From positions 1 through 37,896 of the IMG/VR virus record IMGVR_UViG_3300035491_000144: a stretch of DNA of 37,896 nucleotides. One strand, written 5' to 3'. A model generated the notes under the pieces. The model did no database searches. It saw only the letters and a list, made by a program, of their open reading frames with translations, and was not told where the DNA came from. Below, one piece after another: positions 24,783-33,875 of the stretch (the first letter of the stretch is position 1; each line of letters opens with the position of its first letter). Both the position numbers and the translations under genes were made by a program. The DNA comes from a virus (taxonomy: Duplodnaviria > Caudoviricetes).

Positions 24783-25672
24783 TCGGCCACCGTGACGCTG
24801 TAGCCAATGCAGTACGGCGCCTGCTGGCTGGTGGCGATGATGTCGACCCAGCCGGGTAGATCAACACGTTTGACGCCCTCGATATGCAGGGCGGCATGAA
24901 GGCCGGAGCGGTTGACCTCCCAGCTCAGCCGGCGACGGCGGTTTACCAGGGTGGCGAGACGAGCCTCGGCAGCGGCGCGGATGGGCTCTGATTCGGGGCC
25001 AACGGTTTCGAGGTGCAGCACCGCTTCCACCTCGAACTCAATCACCTCGGCGCTCTGCAAGGTGACGCGGTCGGCGACTGGGCGGCGGTCTTCATCGCCG
25101 ACGTAGAGGTCGACGACACCGAGCAGCTCTGCATCTGCGGTGCCGTCGCCCAGGGCACTTTGAATGGTGAGCACCACTTCGGCGGGGTTGGGGCTGTAGG
25201 CCCAGGCGTCGGCGACGCGGCCGTCTGCGCTGCGGGCGTGGAAGATGTAGGCGTTGCGTGGGCCGCCCACTGATAGACCTTCCATGGCCATTTGGGTGCG
25301 CTCGCGCAGGGCGGCGTCACCCTCCATGACGGCAGCCTCGGTATCAGTGGCGGCGGTGATGGTGAGGCGGTAGACGTTGAAGTGTGCGGCGATCTGTTCC
25401 AGGTCTGAGCCGTTGGCGAAGGCGAGCATGGTGGCGAGCGCGGCTTCGTTGACGCGCTGCCGCCAGACGAGTTCACGGTAGGCGTTTTCCTGCAGCAGTT
25501 TGGTGAGCGGTTCGGACTCAAGAGCCAGGCGGGCTGCGATGGCTTCTTGTTCGTCTTCTGCAAATGCGCTGACCAGTGCGGCCTTGCGCTCGGCGAGGAT
25601 GGTTTCGTAGTCCAGCACTTCGACCACGTTGGGGGCGGGCAGGGTGCTGAGGTCGATGGGGGTAAAGCTCAT
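24779..25672 (-). CDS. J: Baseplate wedge gpJ
   Basis: IDLSTLPAP..VEVLDYE...LESEPLTKLL...RPVADRV. Confidence 0.95.
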   Translation of the reverse strand: MSFTPIDLSTLPAPNVVEVLDYETILAERKAALVSAFAEDEQEAIAARLALESEPLTKLLQENAYRELVWRQRVNEAALATMLAFANGSDLEQIAAHFNVYRLTITAATDTEAAVMEGDAALRERTQMAMEGLSVGGPRNAYIFHARSADGRVADAWAYSPNPAEVVLTIQSALGDGTADAELLGVVDLYVGDEDRRPVADRVTLQSAEVIEFEVEAVLHLETVGPESEPIRAAAEARLATLVNRRRRLSWEVNRSGLHAALHIEGVKRVDLPGWVDIIATSQQAPYCIGYSVTVAE

Positions 25673-26013
25673 GCGCTGCCCCCGAGTGCCAGGGGCACTT
25701 GCAGGTTGATGGCTTCGCTGGTGGCGGTAAGGGTGGCTTCGAGCTCCAGCACGCCGGCGCTGGTTTCATCGCCGCGTTGCAGTTGCACGCGGGTGATGCG
25801 GATGCGCGGCTCCCAGCGCATGAGGGCCATGGTGGTGGCGGCGTAGAGGCGCAGGGTAGTGGAGCCGTGGAAGGGCTGGTCGATGAGGTCAGGCACCTGG
25901 CTGCCGTATTCGCGGCGGGCCAGGCGGGTGCCGATGCGCGTGCCGAGGATGTCGCCGATGGACTGCTTGATGTGTTCCAGATCGGTGATGGTGCCGCCAG
26001 TGATTCTGTTCAT
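25669..26013 (-). CDS. W: Baseplate protein gpW (gp25-like)
   Basis: HIKQSIGDIL.T.IG.R..RREYGS..WEPRI. Confidence 0.95.
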   Translation of the reverse strand: MNRITGGTITDLEHIKQSIGDILGTRIGTRLARREYGSQVPDLIDQPFHGSTTLRLYAATTMALMRWEPRIRITRVQLQRGDETSAGVLELEATLTATSEAINLQVPLALGGSA

Positions 26014-26306
26014 CAGCCCCCCGCGAAGACGTTGGCCGAGCCGGTGGCGATGCTGCTGCCGCAGGCGACAGGGTCGCCCACGCGGGCGAGCTGCTTGCCG
26101 TTGACGCGCACGGTGGTACTGCCTGCAGCAAGCACACTGGCGTGGGTTTCTGGGATGGCTGGGCAGGTATGCGCGGCCCAGGCGTCGCCTTGGCGATGGG
26201 CGGGGATGCCGTTGACGCGCACGTTGGGGCTGGCGGCTGTGCTGGGGCGTGGTGGCCAGCAGCCGTGGCCGGTGCAGGTGTCGCCAAGGCGGGAGACGGC
26301 AGGCAT
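26013..26306 (-). CDS. PAAR-repeat spike tip protein
   Basis: RLGD.CTGH, VNGIPAHRQGD, VNGKQLARVGD..CG..IATGS.NV. Confidence 0.92.
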   Translation of the reverse strand: MPAVSRLGDTCTGHGCWPPRPSTAASPNVRVNGIPAHRQGDAWAAHTCPAIPETHASVLAAGSTTVRVNGKQLARVGDPVACGSSIATGSANVFAGG

Positions 26307-26315
26307 GGGCGGCCC

Positions 26316-26783
26316 CTAATTGAGGTCGATGGTGGCGCCGTTGAGCTTGATGGCGCCGGTGCAGTTGATGTTGAGGCTGGCCGCGTCGATCTGGACGTGA
26401 CCGGTGAGCTTGAGGCTGTAGGCGCCGGTTTCGGCGTTGTGCTCAACGAAGTCGCCATTGGCCCACTCGGTTTTGTGGGCGGCTGGGTCGTTGCTGCAGG
26501 GCGGGTTGGCGGTGGAGTAAAGGCCCACCAGCACTTGGCCCTGGGCGAGGTCACCGGAGGGGCTGAGGATGGTGCATTGCTCGCCTTCCGATACCGGGTT
26601 CCATTCGTTGGTATTGCCTGCGCGGACGGTGAAGAAGGGCAGCCAGCCAGTGAGGATGTTGCCGGTTTGGACGCGGCAGCACGGTAGGCGACCTTGCTCG
26701 GGGTCGCCATGGTCGACTGCGGCAATGGTGCCGGAGCGGATCATGTTGTCGAGGCGGCGGCGAATTTCGGCTAGGGCGTTCAT
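26316..26783 (-). CDS. V: Baseplate spike gpV (short, 155 aa)
   Basis: NMIRSGTIAAVD...TGWLP..RAG...PSGD; ends IKLNGATIDLN. Confidence 0.9.
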   Translation of the reverse strand: MNALAEIRRRLDNMIRSGTIAAVDHGDPEQGRLPCCRVQTGNILTGWLPFFTVRAGNTNEWNPVSEGEQCTILSPSGDLAQGQVLVGLYSTANPPCSNDPAAHKTEWANGDFVEHNAETGAYSLKLTGHVQIDAASLNINCTGAIKLNGATIDLN

Positions 26784-26788
26784 GCGCC

Positions 26789-26848
26789 GATGTTTGCCGC
26801 TACGCGCGCGTGATGCACGAAGGTGGCGGCGGTGCGGGGGGCGCTACG
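26789..26848 (-). promoter_or_regulatory. Late promoter for the V operon with a putative Ogr site
   Basis: GGT-GCGGGGGGCGCT-ACG at 26831-26848. Confidence 0.65.
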
Positions 26849-27299
26849 GTGCGAGGTGGTCGAGCAGTTCTTCGCGGATCATTTCGAGGTCTGCATCGGC
26901 GAAGCCGAGTAGCTCGCGGCGACTGTATTGCACATCATCCTGGCCACGGGCGGGACGGTCACGCAGGCCGTATTGGTGAACACGTGCGAGGCGGGCCACT
27001 CGGCCCATGAAGGCGATGGCGATGCTGCTGGCGTCGCTCTGCAGCTTAAGGTAACGGGCCTGGCGCAGCTTGGTGAACATCTTCTGTTTGACGCGCCCCT
27101 GTTTGCTGCGCAGGGGCTGGCGGGCCTTGCGCGGTGCGAATGGGGTGCCGTCCGGGTTTTTCTGCGCGGCGATGCGCTGTTGCTGGCTGCGCCGTAGTTT
27201 GCGGGCGATGCCCTGGTTGAGCTGGCGGCGCTGCTTGGGCTCCAGCTTGGCGAGCAGGGCCCCGGCCCAGTCTTCCAGGGTGCGTAGGTCATCAGCCAC
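26844..27299 (-). CDS. S: Tail completion protein gpS
   Basis: LRRSQQQRIAAQKNPDG...ARVHQYG...RELLG; GTG start. Confidence 0.92.
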   Translation of the reverse strand: MADDLRTLEDWAGALLAKLEPKQRRQLNQGIARKLRRSQQQRIAAQKNPDGTPFAPRKARQPLRSKQGRVKQKMFTKLRQARYLKLQSDASSIAIAFMGRVARLARVHQYGLRDRPARGQDDVQYSRRELLGFADADLEMIREELLDHLAP

Positions 27300-27822
27300 G
27301 GTTTGGCACCGGGTGCGGGGTTTCCAGGGCAAGGCCGCCATCCGGTTCGGCGCTGGTCCACTCGGCCAGGAGTTGGCCGTCTGCATACATTTTGAAGTGG
27401 GTGGCGGGCAGTTGCTCGGTTAGCTGCGGCTCGGTGGCGTGCTCGATGCTGTGGGCGGCGCCTTCTTGCCGTTTGACGATGACGCGCTCGGTGAGTGGCA
27501 GGGTGATTGAGAGGTCTACCAGGTCGTCGGCGAGGATGTCGGCTTCGAACTGGATGGCGTCTTTGGCTTTCTCCAGGTTTTCCATCAGGTCGGGCTGGTT
27601 GGTCTTCATCCAAGCGAGCAGCGGCACGGCGACGGCGTCGGGGTGGCCGGCGAAGTCGCAGATAATGAGGTTGAGGGTGTAGCCGTATTCGAACGACAGG
27701 CCGGGGGCGGTGGTGCTGCGAATGCGGCCTTGGTCAATGAATACCAGAACCTTTTCCGGGTTGCCGCGCAGCTCGGGCACGGCGGCGATGAGGTGTTGTT
27801 TGAGGCTGCTGGGTTTGTTCAC
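27292..27822 (-). CDS. R: Tail completion protein gpR
   Basis: MNKPSSL...LSFEY.YTL...DLSITLPLTERVIV. Confidence 0.93.
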   Translation of the reverse strand: MNKPSSLKQHLIAAVPELRGNPEKVLVFIDQGRIRSTTAPGLSFEYGYTLNLIICDFAGHPDAVAVPLLAWMKTNQPDLMENLEKAKDAIQFEADILADDLVDLSITLPLTERVIVKRQEGAAHSIEHATEPQLTEQLPATHFKMYADGQLLAEWTSAEPDGGLALETPHPVPNRG

Positions 27823-28085
27823 GGGTCGGCCTTCGGCTGTTGCTGCTGGTAGTGGTAAACCGCGTCAACCTGGGCGGCGCATTCGGCCCAGGCCGACAGC
27901 AGGTAGTCGCTGTCGTCGCTGAGGTCAGCGTTGTTCTGCGGCGCCGCTGGCAGCAGGCTGCAGGGCGTTACGACGGGACAGCCACTCACGGTAATCACTG
28001 GCTCCGGTGAGGGCGGGGCGCTCATGCAGCCGGCGAGCAGCAGCAGGGAGAGGCTGAGCGCTCCAATCTGCGAAGGTCTGGTCAT
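27819..28085 (-). CDS. lysC: Outer-membrane spanin, LysC/Rz1-like
   Basis: Lipobox LAGC, CPVVTPC, WAECAAQVD; overlaps the i-spanin gene. Confidence 0.88.
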   Translation of the reverse strand: MTRPSQIGALSLSLLLLAGCMSAPPSPEPVITVSGCPVVTPCSLLPAAPQNNADLSDDSDYLLSAWAECAAQVDAVYHYQQQQPKADP

Positions 28086-28374
28086 TGCGGCGGATCTCCT
28101 GTTTTTGCAGGTGGCTGCTGGCGTGCTGTTGGCGTACGTCCGCCTGGGCGGTTTGCAGGCCCTGCTGTGCAGCGCGCTGGGCGGCGAGCTCGTTGCCCAT
28201 GCTGATGATGGCGTTGGCCTGGCGGGTGTTGCGTTGCTGCAGGGCGGTGATGCGTTCAGCATCGCGCTCGGCCCGCGCCTCGGCGGCCTGGTGCTGTTGG
28301 TAGGTGCTCCAGAGCAGCAGGGCAAGGGCGCCGAGTAGGGCCAGGCCGTAGAGGGATTGGCGGAGGGTTGTCAT
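27925..28374 (-). CDS. lysB: Inner-membrane spanin, LysB/Rz-like
   Basis: N-terminal TM, coiled coil, WSAQPLP. Confidence 0.88.
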   Translation of the reverse strand: MTTLRQSLYGLALLGALALLLWSTYQQHQAAEARAERDAERITALQQRNTRQANAIISMGNELAAQRAAQQGLQTAQADVRQQHASSHLQKQEIRRNDQTFADWSAQPLPAAARRLHERPALTGASDYREWLSRRNALQPAASGAAEQR

Positions 28375-28604
28375 TTGCGGTACCAGCCGACGGCGTTCAT
28401 GGCGGCTTCGTCCATTGCCTGGATGTCGCCGATGACTACCGCGAAGCGCTGACCAGGGCGGAGTTCGGCCAGCATGATGCTGAAGTCTTGCAAATGCTCT
28501 GGGTCGGTGTCCGCTGGCAGGCAGAGGACATCGCCGTCGCGCAAGTCCAGTTTTCTGAGCTGTTGGGCCAGCGTTGGTTGGCCTTCTACGAGTTGGCCTG
28601 TCAT
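28371..28604 (-). CDS. Hypothetical protein in the lysis cluster (77 aa)
   Basis: ATGA-coupled on both sides; MDEAAMNAVGWYR C-terminus. Confidence 0.7.
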   Translation of the reverse strand: MTGQLVEGQPTLAQQLRKLDLRDGDVLCLPADTDPEHLQDFSIMLAELRPGQRFAVVIGDIQAMDEAAMNAVGWYRK

Positions 28605-29455
28605 GACGCCACCTTCTGCCCGCCGCAGCCGCAGCCCGCGTGGCGCTCGTAGGCGCGTTCGAGCTTCACGTCGTACAGGTTGCGAGCGTAGGCCGGGCCG
28701 TTGTAGCGCTTGGCGAAGTCGGCCCACTTCTTGGCCTTGAGCGCCCTGAGCAGGGCGGCATCCTTCTCGATGGAGCGGACGAAGGCCTCGAACTGGTCGG
28801 CCTCGCTGCGCTGCATCAGGGTGATGAACTCGTCGACGCTGGCATAGCCGAGGCTGGTGGCGTGGTAGCCCATGATCTGGAAGGCGCCCCAGGATGCCGA
28901 CTCATTCGCGGCGAGGGTGTCGATGTAGCGGGCATTGGCCAGGCGCTGGTGTTCGGCGGTGCCGCCGGCGTAGCCACCGGGGGTGCGGTTGACCAGGTTG
29001 GGTTGCTGGGCGGCGAGTTGGTCGGCGCGGGCGATCAGCGCGGCGCTGTCGTCGCCTTCATTTCGCACCAGGCATAGGCGGGCGTGCATGACGTGGCGCT
29101 CGAACAGGATCTTGGGCTTGCCGTTGGCGAGGAAGCCGGCGCCGGCGCTCTCGACTTCGTTGACGGCGTAGACGGTGGCCAGGTCGGTGCCCAGGCGTTT
29201 GGCAGCAGCGACGAGGGTGGCGTTGCTGAGCAGGCGCGAGCAGTCGGCGCCGGCCAGGGCGCCAAGGGTTTTCTCGCCCGCTACACCGTCAGCTACAAGG
29301 CCCTTTTGCAGTTGGTAGGCGCGGACGGCTTTCTCAGTTTCGTCGCCGAAGTCGCCGTCCGGTACCAGCTTGGCGCCGGCGGCGTTGAGCGCCCATTGCA
29401 GTTGCTGTACGGCCTGGGATTTGTCGCCGTGGCGGAGGGTTTGAGGCTTGGTCAT
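28601..29455 (-). CDS. Modular endolysin: PG-binding domain + N-acetylmuramidase (DUF3380-like)
   Basis: LRHGD...DGDFG.ET..AVRAYQ...DGVAG; VESAG, ILFERH, SWGAFQIMG, YNGP. Confidence 0.93.
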   Translation of the reverse strand: MTKPQTLRHGDKSQAVQQLQWALNAAGAKLVPDGDFGDETEKAVRAYQLQKGLVADGVAGEKTLGALAGADCSRLLSNATLVAAAKRLGTDLATVYAVNEVESAGAGFLANGKPKILFERHVMHARLCLVRNEGDDSAALIARADQLAAQQPNLVNRTPGGYAGGTAEHQRLANARYIDTLAANESASWGAFQIMGYHATSLGYASVDEFITLMQRSEADQFEAFVRSIEKDAALLRALKAKKWADFAKRYNGPAYARNLYDVKLERAYERHAGCGCGGQKVAS

Positions 29456-29775
29456 AGGGTGTCTACCTTGCGGGCTGCGAGTCGGTTGAGGCCGGCGCGC
29501 ACGCCGTCGGCGCCGATGAGGCCGACCATGCCGCCGAAGAAAGGGGCCACCTCGGGCGGCATGCCGAACAGGGGGAGGCCGTTGCTGAGTGCGAGGGTGA
29601 TCAGGCCGCAGATGAAGCCCTCGCCGAGCGCACGGCGGATGCTGCCGCCGTTGTAGATGAGGCGGGCAGCGGCCAGGGTGGCGGACAGCACGGCGGCATA
29701 GACCAGGGGGTGATGTTGCTCCAGCCAGGCGAGGAGCATGGCCCAGGTTTCGGGACGGTCAGGCATGTTGGGCAT
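29452..29775 (-). CDS. Holin, lambda-like family
   Basis: Three hydrophobic helices, GGMVGLIG, basic C-terminus, upstream of the endolysin. Confidence 0.88.
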   Translation of the reverse strand: MPNMPDRPETWAMLLAWLEQHHPLVYAAVLSATLAAARLIYNGGSIRRALGEGFICGLITLALSNGLPLFGMPPEVAPFFGGMVGLIGADGVRAGLNRLAARKVDTL

Positions 29776-30256
29776 CCGGGTGGCCCTCGGTGAGGGAGTG
29801 GCTGAGCTGCACGAAGGGCAGCCGGTTGATGCGGTGGACGGTTTCGCCGAGCAGCACCGGGCTGAAGCGTTGGCCGATGCCGTGGAAGCCCAGTGCGGAG
29901 GCACAGAACTCGCTGCAGAACATGCGGCGCTTGCTGTGTAGTCCGCTGCCCAGCAGTTGGCTCAGGAAGATGCCGGCCCAGTCGTAGCCTTTGCCTTCGT
30001 GCTGGTCGAATACGCGCTCGATCAATTTGGCGTTTGCCCAGGGCACGGGGATCAGCTCCCAGTGTTCGGGCTTGTAGTCGATGTGTTTGGCGCGCACGCC
30101 ACCGTCCATTGCGCTGGCGGACAGCCAGCGACCATCGGGCATGACCAGCTCACAGTGGCTGTAGATGGAGCCCGTCCAGGTGCGAATAGCGGCGTTGAAC
30201 AGTTGGCCCTTGCCCTTGTACATGGCGAGGGTGATGACGCCGGGTTTCAGTTCCAT
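29759..30256 (-). CDS. Permuted papain-like (NlpC/P60, YiiX-like) enzyme (165 aa)
   Basis: YSHCELV (His) precedes GKGYD...FCSEFC (Cys), the circularly permuted order. Confidence 0.75.
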   Translation of the reverse strand: MELKPGVITLAMYKGKGQLFNAAIRTWTGSIYSHCELVMPDGRWLSASAMDGGVRAKHIDYKPEHWELIPVPWANAKLIERVFDQHEGKGYDWAGIFLSQLLGSGLHSKRRMFCSEFCASALGFHGIGQRFSPVLLGETVHRINRLPFVQLSHSLTEGHPDAQHA

Positions 30257-30456
30257 AGGTTCACCATCTGGCTTTGCTCGGCCTGGGGGGCGGCGCTGGG
30301 CAGGTTGATCAAGGTGCCGGTGGGCAGGACGGTGCCAAGGTCGGCCAGGCCTGGGTTGGCGTCGAGCACCAGCTCGACAAGGCCGGCGGTGCGTCCGTAG
30401 TGGCGCCAGACGACGGCGTCGACGGTGTCGCCCTGGACGGTGCGCAGGGTGTCCAT
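30247..30456 (-). CDS. X: Tail protein X
   Basis: QGDTVDA..WRHYG...ANPGLA...VNLW. Confidence 0.93.
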   Translation of the reverse strand: MDTLRTVQGDTVDAVVWRHYGRTAGLVELVLDANPGLADLGTVLPTGTLINLPSAAPQAEQSQMVNLWN

Positions 30457-30656
30457 CAGTAATGTTCCCCGCCGCTGTCGGCCTGGTCGGGGTAGATCCA
30501 GGGGCCGTCATCGGATATCAGGGCACCGGGCGAGTTGCCGGTTTCGACCTCGCGGCATACGGCCAGGCCGAGCGGGTGCATGATTTCGCGGTTGATGCGT
30601 TCCAGCAGGCCTCGCCGCGAAATTTCGTTCCAGTCGATGACTTGGTGTTTTTTCAT
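30456..30656 (-). CDS. Hypothetical phage protein (66 aa)
   Basis: Stop/start overlaps with L and X. Confidence 0.75.
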   Translation of the reverse strand: MKKHQVIDWNEISRRGLLERINREIMHPLGLAVCREVETGNSPGALISDDGPWIYPDQADSGGEHY

Positions 30657-31117
30657 CAGAGCAGTTCCACAGTGGCGCGGCTGATGCCGAGCAGATCGCG
30701 GATGGCGAAGCGGGCGTCGCGGCGGTAGTCGTCGGCGCTTTGCTCTTCCTCTTCGCCCTTGGCGGCGCCGGTGTTGGTGGCGGAGTAGGTGCGGTAGCGC
30801 TCGGCGATTTCGGCACTGGCGGTGCTGTAGATGGCGCGGCGGTAGGTGTGGATGAGGGCGCTTTCGCCCTGGATCTGGTCGGCCGGAACGTCTGCGAGGG
30901 TGTCATGCCCTTGGGCCATGTAGCGCAGCTTGAGGGTATAGAGCTCGCGGTTGACGCTGATGATGGCGGCGACGGCGGCTTCTTCCAGGCGAGGGTTGCT
31001 GACGTTGCTGCCGATGCGCTGACGCTCGCGCAGGTGGTTGGCGTCGATGTCGGGCCAGAAGCCGTCGTTTGTGAGGTTGAATGGCTGCGCGGGTGCGTTG
31101 CCTACGAATCCGCTCAT
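30656..31117 (-). CDS. L: Head completion protein gpL
   Basis: NDGFWPDI...YRRAIY...DARFAIRDLLG..R.TVEL. Confidence 0.93.
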   Translation of the reverse strand: MSGFVGNAPAQPFNLTNDGFWPDIDANHLRERQRIGSNVSNPRLEEAAVAAIISVNRELYTLKLRYMAQGHDTLADVPADQIQGESALIHTYRRAIYSTASAEIAERYRTYSATNTGAAKGEEEEQSADDYRRDARFAIRDLLGISRATVELL

Positions 31118-31221
31118 TTCAGGCCGCTCGAATAAGTCGGCGGTGGTCGGGGCGTCACAGCGCGGGAAGGAGTTACCTGCTGATCAGCCCCGAGCCGCCG
31201 GGGTGCCGGGGGAAGGCTCGG

Positions 31222-31932
31222 TTAGCTGGCGGTGCCAGCGTGTTTTTTGAGCTGACGATCGACTAGCTCCAGGTCGCGCTTGCCGCCGCATTTGTCGTGC
31301 AGCTCCAGGGCGCGGGTGAGGAAGTGGCGGGCCACTTCCAGGCTGTGAACGTCAGCGAGGTTCGGTTTTTCGGGGTCGACCTGGGCGGCAGCCACGCGGC
31401 CCATGGCAAGCATGAGTTTGGCGCGTACTTCGTCGGGCATGTCTTCCCCGGCGGTGAGGCGGTCGGCCTCGGCAAGGATGCCGATATCGAAGGTGCTGCC
31501 TGCCTTGAGTGACGTGAGCGCGGCTTCGGCTATTTCTTCTGCTACCAGGCACGGGACTTTGCGGGCAAAGCGATCCGGCGGCATGGTGAGGCCGTGCTTG
31601 AGTACGTAGGCGGCGATTTCAAGCCCGCCCTGGTAATCGCCCGCGTCGAGGCGCCACACCATGATGGTGGCGACCACTTCGTCCTGCGCGCCCTGGCCGC
31701 TGGCGAGCACGCCAGCGATGTAGGGGGCGTAGTCGGGCAGCAACTTGGCCTTGAGTTCCTCTTTCGCCTGGGTGCTCTGGATGCCTTTGAGCTGCTGGTA
31801 GTGCTGGTGCAGTTGGGCCATTTGCAGTTCGTAGGCGCCAGAGCCGGCCATGGGTTGGTCGGCGGCGGTGCTTGCCGCTTCCTGCGCTGCGGTGACGCGC
31901 AGGAAGTGGCGCTTGGCGGGGCTCAGGGCCAT
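31222..31932 (-). CDS. M: Terminase small subunit gpM
   Basis: SPAKRH..., LKGIQS..K..LLP.Y, QDEV...W.LDAGD, DMPDEVRAKL. Confidence 0.95.
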   Translation of the reverse strand: MALSPAKRHFLRVTAAQEAASTAADQPMAGSGAYELQMAQLHQHYQQLKGIQSTQAKEELKAKLLPDYAPYIAGVLASGQGAQDEVVATIMVWRLDAGDYQGGLEIAAYVLKHGLTMPPDRFARKVPCLVAEEIAEAALTSLKAGSTFDIGILAEADRLTAGEDMPDEVRAKLMLAMGRVAAAQVDPEKPNLADVHSLEVARHFLTRALELHDKCGGKRDLELVDRQLKKHAGTAS

Positions 31933-31937
31933 GGCTG

Positions 31938-32957
31938 TCAGGCCTCCAGGATCTCGATGTTTTCGACCAGGCAGCCGAGGCCGTAGTCCTCGACGACGTA
32001 GTCGTCGTTGCTGGACTCGAAGTTCTCGATGCGGTTCTTGCTCGGTTTCTCCTGGACGTAGCGGCGGCGCCCGCCGGTTTGCCAGTAGATGGCGAGGTTT
32101 TCCAGGCTGGTGATGAGCATGGCGTTGTCGGGCACGTAGGGCACTTCGACTGGTTGCTTACCGCCCATGCGCTTCTGGGAAATGATCAGGTCGGTGGCCA
32201 GTTTCTCGGAGGCTGGCTGTTCCTTGTTGATCAGCGGGAAGTATTTGTCGTGTACCAGGTTGCTGCCGAGGATGACGACGATGCCAGGATCTTTGCGGTG
32301 CCAGGGGTCGATGAGGTTGGCGATGGCATCGAAGACGAGGGCGTCGAGGTTGTTGTAGTCGGCGGTTTCGCCGGTGCCGATGACGATTTTGCCAACGGCT
32401 TTGCCATCCTTGAGTACGCGGGCCGGGGCGTTGGTGCGGTACTTCTGCAGCCAGCCGATGTTGACGTCTTGCAGCAGTGGGTTGGCGGCGCGGTCGGTGG
32501 TGGCGGCAGCGCTGGTGCCGTTGAAGCCGATCATGATGCGGTCGAGCGCCTGGCGCTTGAGGATGGCGTCACGCAAGCGGGCCTGGAAGTCAGGGAACTT
32601 GGCCCAGGCGTCGAGCTGTGCATAGCGGACGGCGGTGTCGAAGTCGGTTTGGCGGCATTCGTAGCCGTCTTTGGTCAGGTCGGAAATGTCGCGCGGTACG
32701 CGCTCACCATTGCCGGTGGTGTCGGTACGGCCGGCGATGGTGCTGCTGACGCCGAGGCCGACTTTCTCGCCCTTGAGTTCGTCGACGCCGATCATGCCGA
32801 TGCGGCTGAGGAACTCGCTGGATTCCTGCATGCGGGTTTCCAGCCGCTGCTGGACAGTGGGGTCTACGGCAAAGGATTTGGTGGCATCAGACACGCCGTT
32901 GAGTTGGGCGATCTGGCTCAGGTAGGCGTCGAAGTGTTGGCGGGTATCGTTGCGCAT
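31938..32957 (-). CDS. N: Major capsid protein gpN
   Basis: MRNDTR..F..Y; LDRIMIGFNG; NPLLQDVNIGWLQK. Confidence 0.98.
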   Translation of the reverse strand: MRNDTRQHFDAYLSQIAQLNGVSDATKSFAVDPTVQQRLETRMQESSEFLSRIGMIGVDELKGEKVGLGVSSTIAGRTDTTGNGERVPRDISDLTKDGYECRQTDFDTAVRYAQLDAWAKFPDFQARLRDAILKRQALDRIMIGFNGTSAAATTDRAANPLLQDVNIGWLQKYRTNAPARVLKDGKAVGKIVIGTGETADYNNLDALVFDAIANLIDPWHRKDPGIVVILGSNLVHDKYFPLINKEQPASEKLATDLIISQKRMGGKQPVEVPYVPDNAMLITSLENLAIYWQTGGRRRYVQEKPSKNRIENFESSNDDYVVEDYGLGCLVENIEILEA

Positions 32958-33001
32958 GTGGTTCTCCGGTGTTCCTTGGCTGGGGCTTTGTCCGTTGGGG
33001 A

Positions 33002-33841
33002 TCAGCAGTCGGTGAGGGTTTTGCCGTCACCACCGGTTACCGCAGGGCGTTGGCTGTGCTTTTTGTCTGGGGTTTCTTCCAGGCGCTTGAGCAGGTCGGC
33101 GAAGTCGCCCGCCAGCTTGGTGTGGTCGGCCTGGAGTTTTTCGTGGGCGGTTTTCACGCTGGCGAAGGCTTCGGCTTGTTTGGCGCCGTGTTCGGCCAGG
33201 TCGCCGATCAATTCGCCCAGCTCGGCGAAGTGGGTGGCGTCCTTGCCTTCCTTTTCCTTGCTCAGTTTCAGCAGCTCGCCCATGCGGGTTTTGAGGGTGG
33301 CGAACATGCTGGGGGTGTCGTCGACTTCTTCGAACTCGATGGCCGTTTCTTCGGCGGCGCTGAAGAGGTTGTCTTTGTCCTGTTTGCGGTTGGCCAGGGT
33401 GCCGTGCTGGGCGCTGAACTGCAGCATTTCGGTGCCCAGGCTGGCGGGGCTGTCTGTGATGGCAAGGCCGACCAGATAGGCCTTGCCGGTGTCGGCAAAC
33501 TCTGGGTTGACCTCGATCGAGGTGTAGACCTTTTGGCCTTTCTTGTTCAGCTCGATGAGGGAGTCGGTCGGCACCATCTGAGCGAAAAGCGCGAGCTTCT
33601 TCTTGCCGCCGATTTCCACCTCTTCGGCTTTCAGGGCCACGACATCACCATAGGCGCCGAAGTCACTGCCTGGCCAGACGCCCCGCAGGTGCTCGCAGTT
33701 CATGCGGGCGCCATAGGTGTTCGGGCTGTATTGCTCAGCCATCTCCTGAATCCATTTGCGCTCAATGTTGCGGCCATCGGTGGTGGCGCCTTCGACGGCG
33801 ATACGGGTCCATTTGGAGACGGTTTTCTTGGTGCCGGCCAT
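33002..33841 (-). CDS. O: Capsid scaffold/protease gpO
   Basis: RIAVEGATTDGR, QKVYTSIE, YLVGLAITDSPASLGTE. Confidence 0.97.
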   Translation of the reverse strand: MAGTKKTVSKWTRIAVEGATTDGRNIERKWIQEMAEQYSPNTYGARMNCEHLRGVWPGSDFGAYGDVVALKAEEVEIGGKKKLALFAQMVPTDSLIELNKKGQKVYTSIEVNPEFADTGKAYLVGLAITDSPASLGTEMLQFSAQHGTLANRKQDKDNLFSAAEETAIEFEEVDDTPSMFATLKTRMGELLKLSKEKEGKDATHFAELGELIGDLAEHGAKQAEAFASVKTAHEKLQADHTKLAGDFADLLKRLEETPDKKHSQRPAVTGGDGKTLTDC

Positions 33842-33875
33842 GCGGGGTAATCCTCGGTGCGGGTTTCGCGTTGAG

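Noticed and set aside
31138-31200. Imperfect hairpin between M and L as a new ncRNA
   Set aside because: GC-rich single-copy hairpin lacking the CGGCAA loop; not distinguishable from a generic mRNA stability element.
32954-32968. Sixth copy of the repeat at the capsid RBS (GGAGAACCACATGC)
   Set aside because: Only a partial match to the 21-mer, with no CGGCAA hairpin upstream.
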